A DNA stretch of 64,000 nucleotides, from IMG/VR virus record IMGVR_UViG_3300027804_003215, positions 1 to 64,000 of that record. The stretch is one strand, 5' to 3'. This document shows positions 19,328 to 27,705 of this stretch, in pieces; position 1 is the stretch's first letter; the number at the start of each line of letters is the position of its first letter. Both the position numbers and the translations under genes were made by a program. Below the pieces are notes generated by a model. It saw nothing but the letters and a program-made list of their open reading frames with translations. It was not told where the DNA came from and did no database searches. Source of the DNA: a virus.

Positions 19328-20017
19328 TTATATTAATTTATGTTTAGTTTTTACGTGGTTAATTTCGTCCCACATGTTTTTATTATACATACTCGAAATT
19401 TGGTGAGGATGCATTCTATTAGTTATTAAAATATTAGGTACAATTATTGGAAGTCCATATCTTCTGTAAAGTTGATAGTACATTTCGCAGTCCATTAACA
19501 TTACAAGGTCTTCATCAAATAAACAAGGGTCGTTATTGATAAAAGACAAAACTGAAGGGGAACTTATTGTGTTAGTTCCCGTGGCAATATTTGAGTTCCA
19601 ATAAGGAACCATAAAATTTGAAAACGTTTTTCCATCATCATGAGTGTGATTACAACCATTTACAACCCACTTAGCTCCGTTTTCGAATTCTTTTATGATT
19701 TTTTCCAAAGCGGTTTCGTCGTAAAAAAAATCATCTTGAAAAATTATTTTGACTATGTCTCCTTTCGAATTTTTAATTGCATTATTTGTGTTCGCGGGAC
19801 CGTTTCCAAGTTTATCTTGATTTTTAAAATAGTTTATTTCGAAATAATTTTTATATTCCGAACATAAAATTTCTATTTCTGAATTTTTACTGTGGTCTGA
19901 AACTACAACTTCAAAATTTTTATAAGTTTGTTTTGAGATTTTATCTAAATTGTTTTTCAAAAATTCTATCCCTCTTCCAAACTGCTCCCACGTAGGTATA
20001 CAAATCGAGACTTTCAT
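19328..20017 (-). CDS. Glycosyltransferase family 2
   Basis: VSICIPT, QTYKNFEVVVSDHS, FQDD. Confidence 0.9.
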   Translation of the reverse strand: MKVSICIPTWEQFGRGIEFLKNNLDKISKQTYKNFEVVVSDHSKNSEIEILCSEYKNYFEINYFKNQDKLGNGPANTNNAIKNSKGDIVKIIFQDDFFYDETALEKIIKEFENGAKWVVNGCNHTHDDGKTFSNFMVPYWNSNIATGTNTISSPSVLSFINNDPCLFDEDLVMLMDCEMYYQLYRRYGLPIIVPNILITNRMHPHQISSMYNKNMWDEINHVKTKHKLI

Positions 20018-20018
20018 T

Positions 20019-20729
20019 TTATAATTTAGAATATGGTTTTTTGGCCCTGATTTTATTCACCGTTTGTGTAACATTTGCCATGTTCACCTTATGGTCATTA
20101 AGAGGGTTTGATTCGTTATAAATGTATAAAATGTCAGGTAAAAATCTATAATGTTCCTCTCCCGACATTTCTAACATTGGAAACATGAATGCTAAGTCTC
20201 CTGCCACATTCCAATAATTTCCTTTCTCGTCTTTCAAATCTTCTAATTCAATTTTTTTCCAAAGCCAAGATTTCCATGTTCGTAAATGAGAAAGAGTGAA
20301 AACTTCCCGTCTCACATTCGTATATCGTGTCGGAGGGTTTGCAAAACCAGGTCTTCCGTCGTGATACTTGAAAGAGCCACTGGTCATCCAAACGTTTGGG
20401 TCTTTGTAAACCTCGGAAATTTTTTCTAAAACTTTCGGGTTTGGGAGCCAGTCATCCCCATCAATTTCAACACAGATTTCTTCACCATCAAGAGCTCTAA
20501 ACCGTATTACTTGGTCATAGTTTCCTGGTTGATAAAACTTGCAATGATTTTCTATTAGAATAAATCTATTGTCATCTTTAATTGCAAATTTAATTTTTTC
20601 AACTGTTTTATCAGTAGACATATCATCTGTTATATAACATTTGAAGTCCTTGAAACTCTGAGACATAATTGAAAAAATACATCTTTCAATAAATTTCTCG
20701 CAGTTGTATGTAGTCGTTAAAATAGTCAT
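20019..20729 (-). CDS. Glycosyltransferase family 2
   Basis: TTYNCEKFI, DDMSTD, EIDGDDWL. Confidence 0.9.
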   Translation of the reverse strand: MTILTTTYNCEKFIERCIFSIMSQSFKDFKCYITDDMSTDKTVEKIKFAIKDDNRFILIENHCKFYQPGNYDQVIRFRALDGEEICVEIDGDDWLPNPKVLEKISEVYKDPNVWMTSGSFKYHDGRPGFANPPTRYTNVRREVFTLSHLRTWKSWLWKKIELEDLKDEKGNYWNVAGDLAFMFPMLEMSGEEHYRFLPDILYIYNESNPLNDHKVNMANVTQTVNKIRAKKPYSKL

Positions 20730-22354
20730 GAAATAATTTTGAAATATTCCTCTTTGATTTTTTCAGCTACTTTTGAAGAATGATATTTTTCTAAATCTTG
20801 AGGTGGGTCAAATTTTTCTTTATCAAGAATGAAACCATTAGAGTTAACCTTGAAAATCCAACCTGATTTTCCACACAACCATCCTTCAATTGTACTTCTT
20901 CCTAACTGTATACCTGCGGTCTCCTTACAATTCTTGATATACTTTTCAACGTTCCAAGTCGCTGGAAAGTGTTTTACGTGTTTTTCGTTCAAGAGTAATG
21001 GTAAATAATTTGACTTATCTTCACCCACTATCCAAAGTTCTAAACCGTTGTTATCACAATATTCTGAAAGTTCCATCAGTGTGTCTTTTCTCAAATAGTC
21101 GATTGTGCCTACGAACAGAACGTAGTTTCCTTCTTTGTTTCCATTTGAATTAAATTTCTCGTTGTCGATAGGGTTGTATATGATTTCAATGTTCTCTTCC
21201 TTAACTTCGAAGTTTTCAATTAAAAAGGTTTTGATTTCCGGTCTGATTGCTATGAATTTTTTGATTGTGTCATCAAGATGAGGTTCTTCCAAACTTATTA
21301 CTTCGGAGTGAATAGAATAAATCTTAGGTATCTCAGGATAGAAACTACAAATCCTTTCAGCGACTGGTTTATGTTGAATATGTATAATGTCAAAATCAAC
21401 CTCTGAAACTCTGTACATTACATTTTCTTTAGAGGGTTCAAAACCCTTTTCAGTTTGAATTCCCCATTTACCATCCCCTAACTTAAAACCTGGTGCTTGT
21501 TCAAATGGTAGAACTCTAATCCCTAATTTTCTCGCCATATCAGTGAGAGGTCCACCAATTTGAGAAAGAATAGTTACGTTACAATTTAATTGTGTAAGAC
21601 TTTTGGCTAATTCGTATACATACAATTCTGACCCTGTGAATGTTTTGAACATGAGACAAGAAATCAAAACTTTTAATTTCTTATTTTTATCTATTGGAAG
21701 TTTGACAGGCAGATTTTCTGAAAACATTTTTTCGAACTTTTGTCTATTTTGTTCCCACTGTTCATTGGTTTGTCCGATAGATTTGTGAGTTATTCTAATA
21801 TTTGAAATAACACCAACTTTTACACCTTCGATAAAGTTTTCAAAGGAAAATGGAATGTCATAAAAATGAAATCCCTCAAATTCTTCATTAAATTTTTTCT
21901 TAATTCTTTTCTTATGAATTGCAATAAAAAGTCCGTCAACAACGATAGAGGGTTCAATTCCATTACCGAAAGCTTCGGAATATTTTGATTCCCATTTTTT
22001 ACCTCCACTTTCATGGTTTACAATTCCAATCATTTTTTTTCTATCTTCCCACCACATACCTGATTTTGGCATGTAAGTTGTACCAGCAACACCTAAAATT
22101 CCGTAATCACTTTTTTCGAAGTGTTTGGTGATTTTGGGGAACCATGCCGAAGAATCAAAGTATAAGTCATCGTGACAAAGCACTACAATATCAGTTTCAG
22201 ATTCATCCAAGATTTCGTTGTAAACCTGAGCCAATGACTTTTCACCATTGTTGATTTTTTCAATAACTTTTACCTTTTTAAATCCCGAACTTTTAATCAA
22301 ATATTCGGTGAACTCTGGTTTGGTTGATTTTGTTGAATAACCTATTGTAATCAT
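20726..22354 (-). CDS. Bifunctional glycosyltransferase (N-terminal GT-A, C-terminal GT4-like GT-B)
   Basis: YN..CHDDL, DGLFIA, GFHFYD in the N-half; TGSELYVYELA and GRSTIEGWLCG in the C-half. Confidence 0.8.
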   Translation of the reverse strand: MITIGYSTKSTKPEFTEYLIKSSGFKKVKVIEKINNGEKSLAQVYNEILDESETDIVVLCHDDLYFDSSAWFPKITKHFEKSDYGILGVAGTTYMPKSGMWWEDRKKMIGIVNHESGGKKWESKYSEAFGNGIEPSIVVDGLFIAIHKKRIKKKFNEEFEGFHFYDIPFSFENFIEGVKVGVISNIRITHKSIGQTNEQWEQNRQKFEKMFSENLPVKLPIDKNKKLKVLISCLMFKTFTGSELYVYELAKSLTQLNCNVTILSQIGGPLTDMARKLGIRVLPFEQAPGFKLGDGKWGIQTEKGFEPSKENVMYRVSEVDFDIIHIQHKPVAERICSFYPEIPKIYSIHSEVISLEEPHLDDTIKKFIAIRPEIKTFLIENFEVKEENIEIIYNPIDNEKFNSNGNKEGNYVLFVGTIDYLRKDTLMELSEYCDNNGLELWIVGEDKSNYLPLLLNEKHVKHFPATWNVEKYIKNCKETAGIQLGRSTIEGWLCGKSGWIFKVNSNGFILDKEKFDPPQDLEKYHSSKVAEKIKEEYFKIIS

Positions 22355-22521
22355 TTCAAAATTTTATTTTTGGATTCTTTGATAATTTCGTGGGCTGTTT
22401 TTTCGGGTTCCTTTCTTGCTCGAGAAATACAGTCCAACATAAACTCGGCTAATTGATTTTTCTTTTCTAATTTCTTAATAAGGTCTATTAAGGTGTCAAG
22501 ATTTTCATAATATTTTCCCAT
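22351..22521 (-). CDS. Small hypothetical protein (56 aa), not in the ORF track
   Basis: MGKYYENLDTLIDLIKKLEKKNQLAEFMLDCISRARKEPEKTAHEIIKESKNKILK*; fills the gap and has an ATGA overlap with the next gene. Confidence 0.65.
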   Translation of the reverse strand: MGKYYENLDTLIDLIKKLEKKNQLAEFMLDCISRARKEPEKTAHEIIKESKNKILK

Positions 22522-22538
22522 CGTGTTAGGTTTAAAAA

Positions 22539-23132
22539 TTAAATACCTGTACTACCGAAACCTTTATCACCCCTATCTGAATCACCTAAACTATCTACCT
22601 CATCAAATTTCACAAATTTACCACAAACAACGGGACACAACACAGCTTGAGCAACTTTCATTCCTTTTTCGATTGTTATAGAACTATTATTTGTGTTGAA
22701 CACGGGAACTTTGATTTCTCCCAAATAACCTCGGTCAACTGTACCAGGGGTATTCAAAACAGTCAAACCCATGTTGATTGCAAGACCGCTCTTAGGTCTT
22801 ACCTGTATTTCATAACCTTCAGGAATATCAAATGACAATCCTGTCGGTACTAAAGCTCTACCAAATGGACCTAAAACAATTTTTTCTGTAGAATATAAAT
22901 CAAAACCAGAGTCTAATTCATAAACGTAAGAAGGTGATTTAGTATCTTCTGACAGTCTCTTGAATTTGATGACTTTTGTATTTTGTTCTCTCATAAATTC
23001 TTGTTCCAAATCTTCAAAAGAGATGTTGATAAGGTTAGAAAGTTCATCGTCATCACCTGTGTCTGTTTTTTTGATTTCCTCTTGTAATTTTTCAAAGAGG
23101 CCTTTTAATTCATCATCGTAATTTGTTTCCAT
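22539..23132 (-). CDS. dut: Trimeric dUTPase with acidic N-terminal extension
   Basis: SGFDL, QVRPKSGLA, NTPGTVDRGYLGEI, AQAV, RGDKGFGSTG. Confidence 0.95.
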   Translation of the reverse strand: METNYDDELKGLFEKLQEEIKKTDTGDDDELSNLINISFEDLEQEFMREQNTKVIKFKRLSEDTKSPSYVYELDSGFDLYSTEKIVLGPFGRALVPTGLSFDIPEGYEIQVRPKSGLAINMGLTVLNTPGTVDRGYLGEIKVPVFNTNNSSITIEKGMKVAQAVLCPVVCGKFVKFDEVDSLGDSDRGDKGFGSTGI

Positions 23133-23133
23133 A

Positions 23134-23835
23134 TTATTTTAAATTTGTGATTTTTTTTACAACATCTATTAGACAACGTACATCCGCTTCACAATAATCA
23201 GAAATTCCTTTGTAATCTTTTTTATTCCAAAATGCGTCGTGAACCTTGTTCCCTGTGACTTCCATTGTTTTTGGAGATGGTACATTAAGACAAACACTCA
23301 TAAGTTCTAATGAAGCTATTGATGTATAGTTATTGAATTGCCAAAATTCCTTGGTATCAAATGCTTTGATTTCCCAAGGTTTTGTATCATGACCTGGTAG
23401 AATCTTTGGTGGTTTTAAACCATTCATTATCATTCTTTTTGCAAGAACGGGTATATCAAATCCTTTTACGTTATGTCCACATAAGAAAAAACCTAATTCA
23501 CCAACTTTTTCCAAAAGTTTTTGAACATCAAATAGAAGTTTTTTTTCTTCAACATCGTTGAATGACTGAACTTTAGTGATATTTGAATCTGTTACAAATG
23601 CAACACTTACACAGACAACTCTATTAAATTCAGGAACTAAAGCCGACCTATTAACAAACATTTCTGAGATTGGTTTGTCTGCATCTTCAGGAAATCTTTT
23701 TTGAAACCAATCTAAATAATTTTGAAACTGAAATGAGAGCGCAGGTCTGTTTTTTACCAAGTCATCCCACGTCGGCTCAATTCCGACAGTTTCAATATCT
23801 AAGAATAAAAGTTTATTGAAAGGTATGTTTATCAT
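23134..23835 (-). CDS. Stand-alone DEDD 3'-5' exonuclease (PolB-exonuclease-related)
   Basis: FLDIET, GHNVKGFDIP, KPWE..DT, YCEADV. Confidence 0.85.
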   Translation of the reverse strand: MINIPFNKLLFLDIETVGIEPTWDDLVKNRPALSFQFQNYLDWFQKRFPEDADKPISEMFVNRSALVPEFNRVVCVSVAFVTDSNITKVQSFNDVEEKKLLFDVQKLLEKVGELGFFLCGHNVKGFDIPVLAKRMIMNGLKPPKILPGHDTKPWEIKAFDTKEFWQFNNYTSIASLELMSVCLNVPSPKTMEVTGNKVHDAFWNKKDYKGISDYCEADVRCLIDVVKKITNLK

Positions 23836-25043
23836 ACAATTGATTTGTAGAACTCAGCTCTTGATTTGGTTACAATAGATAAATCATATTTGTCTTTTAC
23901 AGTCTCATACAATCTTTCACCCATGTCTTTAACCATGTTTGGGTTTTTCAATAATTTTTCAATGTATTTGGCCCAATCGGAGTGATTTCTATTCTCATCA
24001 ACAAGAAGAGCGTTTCCATCAACAAAGTTACCGTTTTGTAGTGAATGTTTCAAATCAATTGTGTAAGGACCGATATTTGAAGCAATTAGTGCTTTTTTAT
24101 AGAAACCAGCTTCAATTACTTTAAGTTGAGATTTTACTCTATTGAACATTGTGTTTTTAATCGGTGCTAAAGAAACATCAAATTTAGAGTAGTTCTTTGC
24201 ATACGATGTTACGGGTTTAGTCCAAACTCTGAGATATGCTTCATTCATTGCATTAAAGTAATCTTCTTTACCATATTGTAGTAAATGTTTTTTGTATTCC
24301 TCGGACACGGTAGAATATTTTTGTGTGAAAATTTCTTCGTATCTGGCCCATACGGTTTCGTGAGGTAAAATGTCTCTTTTTTTGTGTTCTCCATTTGCTG
24401 AATTTATTTCAGTAACACTACCTCTAGTATCAAATCCACACAAAACAAATTGTAATTCATCTTTATACCTTTCAAGTTTACTGAATGATTGGTCTAAAAG
24501 TTGTATGTCATGAAGATGTGATGAACCACCGAGCCACCCAATTCTCAAACGGTCTGAGGGTAAAGTAGGTTCTTTGAATTGTGTTTCGTTCGGATTGATT
24601 GCATTTGGAAAAATTACGACGTTAGGGTTTAATTTTTTAATTTCGTCAGCAAAGATTGTAGTTGTAGTACTGACATATTTGGCAACCCTCAAATTAGCAA
24701 CAATCTTTTCATTTATCTTATTGAATTTGATTACATCATGAATAGGATGTTCTTTTCCTGGCATCCAATAATCGTCAATGTCACAGACGGTAGCAATACC
24801 CATTTTATTTAGTTCTTGTATTACTTCCGCCGCTTTGTCAAAATCAGGACCTATACTTCTGTGAAGTGCGACTATTTGGTATTTTTTGAAAAAATCTAAA
24901 TTATTGAGTGGAACCTCAAAGGAAATATCTACGTGAAAATCTTCAGGATACAAATTTTGTAAAAAAATGTGTGGGTCTACTGACCTGAACTTACCTACTC
25001 CCGTTCTGTCGGATGGAATTACTAATACGTTAATTTTGGACAT
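23832..25043 (-). CDS. Glycosyltransferase, GT4-like
   Basis: DIDDYW, PNAI, IGWLGGSSH, FNRVKSQLKVIEAG. Confidence 0.8.
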   Translation of the reverse strand: MSKINVLVIPSDRTGVGKFRSVDPHIFLQNLYPEDFHVDISFEVPLNNLDFFKKYQIVALHRSIGPDFDKAAEVIQELNKMGIATVCDIDDYWMPGKEHPIHDVIKFNKINEKIVANLRVAKYVSTTTTIFADEIKKLNPNVVIFPNAINPNETQFKEPTLPSDRLRIGWLGGSSHLHDIQLLDQSFSKLERYKDELQFVLCGFDTRGSVTEINSANGEHKKRDILPHETVWARYEEIFTQKYSTVSEEYKKHLLQYGKEDYFNAMNEAYLRVWTKPVTSYAKNYSKFDVSLAPIKNTMFNRVKSQLKVIEAGFYKKALIASNIGPYTIDLKHSLQNGNFVDGNALLVDENRNHSDWAKYIEKLLKNPNMVKDMGERLYETVKDKYDLSIVTKSRAEFYKSIV

Positions 25044-25097
25044 GATTTTTTATTATGTCCTGAAAATATAACAATTTTCACTGAATAAAGAAAGATG

Positions 25098-25682
25098 TTA
25101 AGAAATCTTTTTGACCTTCGTTATTTTACCTTCGAAAATGTGTTTTCCAACTTTGAATGAAAAAATCTCGTTTGTCTTTTCTGTTGACTCTGAAATCAAA
25201 CCCTGCTCTTTCAATGTTTCTCTTACGGCTTCTTTAATCATTTTTTTCAAATCTGATGGTTCGTTAGAAACCTTTGGTGCCTGAACTGTTTTAGGTTTAG
25301 CACTATCGGGAGTATAATTGTTGGATTGCTCTTTCATTAATCGAGATGCCTTTTCAATTAGCTCATCTGACAGTCCTACAGATTGTTGTTGAGGCTTTTC
25401 AATCGGATGTTCAATCATCAATTTTTTGATTTCATCAGGCAGTCTAGAATTTTTGATTGCGTCGATAGTTGGTGGACCTGATGGTGCTTGTCTCGAAACA
25501 GGAACATTTTGAGTAGGTTGTTGCATGAACTCAGAGGGAATATTATATTTTGCTTGAGGTACATTAAATGACTCCAAAGGAGTTGATTCATTCATGGAAG
25601 GTTTTGCATTACCTCTACCCATCTCATTGTGTTTATCCATTATTTGTTTCGAAATCATCAATTTTTGCATCAACTGGTCCAT
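25098..25682 (-). CDS. Hypothetical protein (194 aa)
   Basis: ORF containing LKKMIKEAVRETLKEQGLISES. Confidence 0.6.
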   Translation of the reverse strand: MDQLMQKLMISKQIMDKHNEMGRGNAKPSMNESTPLESFNVPQAKYNIPSEFMQQPTQNVPVSRQAPSGPPTIDAIKNSRLPDEIKKLMIEHPIEKPQQQSVGLSDELIEKASRLMKEQSNNYTPDSAKPKTVQAPKVSNEPSDLKKMIKEAVRETLKEQGLISESTEKTNEIFSFKVGKHIFEGKITKVKKIS

Positions 25683-25685
25683 AAA

Positions 25686-26069
25686 TTAAAATTTTGCTAT
25701 ATAAATTATACGTGAAGCTCTTTTATCTCCTTGTGGATTGAAACCTGGCCTCATCTGAGTAAAATTTTCTCCTGTTGGGTTGAAAGATAAGATTTTATCT
25801 AATCTGAACAATCTCCAACCTGGAAGAACACCATCTCCGACAGCCACCTTATGTGAAGCACCTTCTCTATCCCAAGCACACAAATTTGTATTTTGACTTC
25901 TTTTATCTACAAACAAGCACACCGGTTCGATAGTTCTGAGCCCTCTACCACCAGGTTCATCCCCATCATAATAGATAGAAACAACTTTTTTTCGGTCAAT
26001 AGCATCTCCAATACTTTGTATTGAAGCTATCTCCGTAATTAAAGTTTTTAGTATCTTGTTTAGTCTCAT
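25686..26069 (-). CDS. Stand-alone WYL-domain protein
   Basis: VSIYY...RTIEPVCL...LCAWD...WRLFRLDKI. Confidence 0.75.
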   Translation of the reverse strand: MRLNKILKTLITEIASIQSIGDAIDRKKVVSIYYDGDEPGGRGLRTIEPVCLFVDKRSQNTNLCAWDREGASHKVAVGDGVLPGWRLFRLDKILSFNPTGENFTQMRPGFNPQGDKRASRIIYIAKF

Positions 26070-26365
26070 GTTGTGAAGTTAGGATATGGATTAGACGAGT
26101 TGTATTTGTTGATTTTTATTTCATTTTTTCTTTCTACAACGTCGGTAATTGTTCCTGCATTAACGTTATAGACATCGAGATAAGAACCAGTACCTCTTCC
26201 CATAGAATCTCCATCAGCGACTGCATCACGGTTTACAGATGAGTATTGGTTTCCAACACCATTGTAGTCATTCTTTGGAATTAATTTAGCTCTCTCAGCA
26301 TCTGCAACTGCTGTCAGTGTGTTTTTTTCTGTTTGACTCAAATCGAGTGTGATTTGTTCTGACAT
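26066..26365 (-). CDS. Hypothetical protein (99 aa) with internal ER..I..N.YN duplication
   Basis: ATGA overlap; AERAKLIPKNDYN vs VERKNEIKINKYN. Confidence 0.6.
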   Translation of the reverse strand: MSEQITLDLSQTEKNTLTAVADAERAKLIPKNDYNGVGNQYSSVNRDAVADGDSMGRGTGSYLDVYNVNAGTITDVVERKNEIKINKYNSSNPYPNFTT

Positions 26366-26369
26366 AGAA

Positions 26370-26837
26370 TTAAAGTTTAGATATTATTTCGTTTATTCTT
26401 TTAAGGCTCTCTGTTACAGCCGTGTCATATTTTTCGACAGTGGATTTGTGTTTTTGTGAAGGTCTTACATTTGTGAAATCTTTCTTCTCGTGAGGTTTGA
26501 TGAATTGGTTTTGCATACCCGTGTTCATTTTATTTGTTTTGGTCATATTCAAACCTTCTCTCATTTTTCTTAGTTGGTCATTTACCCAATTTTTCATCAT
26601 TACTCCACCGTTCAAAATAAAGGCCGGCTCCTTATGATTTCCTTTGAAGTTGTCAAAAAAGTTTTTAATTCTTTTTAGTTGTTTGTATGTAATGTAATTT
26701 TTACTTTGTAATTCTTTGTTCCTTTTGAAACCTTCTGAATTTTCATCCGCATTCTTCACCATTGCAGATGATTTTTTCATATGTTCCTGTTTATCCTTTG
26801 GGAATTCAACAAACTTATCGTAAAGTGATTTATTCAC
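26370..26837 (-). CDS. Hypothetical basic protein (155 aa)
   Basis: ITYKQLKRIKNFFD...LNGG..MKNWV pattern. Confidence 0.6.
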   Translation of the reverse strand: MNKSLYDKFVEFPKDKQEHMKKSSAMVKNADENSEGFKRNKELQSKNYITYKQLKRIKNFFDNFKGNHKEPAFILNGGVMMKNWVNDQLRKMREGLNMTKTNKMNTGMQNQFIKPHEKKDFTNVRPSQKHKSTVEKYDTAVTESLKRINEIISKL

Positions 26838-27654
26838 GGTTAATAATTTTGATTAAATCTTTTTTTGACATTCCTTGTTTTTCCATTTGTTTCAATAATG
26901 TCAACAAATTCTTTTTTATGATATTTGGAACTTCTTTTTCTTCTTCTTTTTCTTTTTCGAGAACATCAGACTTATTAGAATTTTTTTGTTTCATCAAAAT
27001 ATCTTCCAACATTTTAATCGCCTTTTGTCTTTGAATTTCAGATAAAGTTGCTCTTGTTACAAAATTTTTATCTTTTTTGTATGGAGACTTGGCATCTTTT
27101 TTTCCCGAAGGGTCTTTACCTTGTTCTTCAGTTCTTTCCCAAGCATCCATTTCATCCATACCTAACTCATCTTTGAAATATTTGAATGTTTCTTTACCAT
27201 CAAGTTCTTTTGTTTCTTCATATCCAAACGCACCTGACATATCTTCTTCTTTAACTTCTTCAACCGACTCACCATAATAAGTTCTATAACCACGAGCAAT
27301 TGGGTCATTAGTAATTCTAGCCGCAGCTACAGTTTGGTCCATTGTTTTTTCAGGATGAAGTCTTGGGTCAAGAATTGGTATTTTTGAATTAGACATTGAA
27401 CCATCTGAGTTTACAAGTTCTTCAATTTCTCCACCTACTTCCTTCGTAGTCTTTTTCTTTTTTTTCTTAACCAAAGAGTTAATATATTTTTTTACATCCT
27501 CAACTTTGTCTGCAGGGACTTTAACCATCACATCTTTTTTTCTGGCTTCCGTCAGAGTGTTCTCTGATGAGAAATAAAGATGGAATTCTTTAGCTTTTTC
27601 TCTTATCAAAAAATAATAAGGACTGGAATAAAATTCTTTGTCTATCTCAATCAT
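26830..27654 (-). CDS. Hypothetical protein (274 aa)
   Basis: ORF preceded by minus-strand TATTTAT. Confidence 0.6.
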   Translation of the reverse strand: MIEIDKEFYSSPYYFLIREKAKEFHLYFSSENTLTEARKKDVMVKVPADKVEDVKKYINSLVKKKKKKTTKEVGGEIEELVNSDGSMSNSKIPILDPRLHPEKTMDQTVAAARITNDPIARGYRTYYGESVEEVKEEDMSGAFGYEETKELDGKETFKYFKDELGMDEMDAWERTEEQGKDPSGKKDAKSPYKKDKNFVTRATLSEIQRQKAIKMLEDILMKQKNSNKSDVLEKEKEEEKEVPNIIKKNLLTLLKQMEKQGMSKKDLIKIINRE

Positions 27655-27669
27655 ACAAATTCTTTATAC

Positions 27670-27696
27670 ATAAATACTATCTCACAAAGTATTTAT
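27670..27696. promoter_or_regulatory. Back-to-back divergent TATTTAT motifs
   Basis: ataaata at 27670-27676 serves the minus-strand gene at 27654; tatttat at 27690-27696 serves the ATG at 27706. Confidence 0.6.
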
Positions 27697-27705
27697 CATA
27701 AGTTT

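Noticed and set aside
8709-25043. Bacterial O-antigen/capsule locus or host contamination
   Set aside because: No wzx, wzy, wzz or initiating phosphoglycosyl transferase; genes are tightly coupled to phage-type phoH, dut and sigma genes
27580-27705. ORF-track N-terminal extension of the giant protein
   Set aside because: Overlaps the divergent gene and both promoter motifs; ATG 27706 fits better. Similar over-extensions were trimmed at 9590, 18037, 36911, 39979 and 48042
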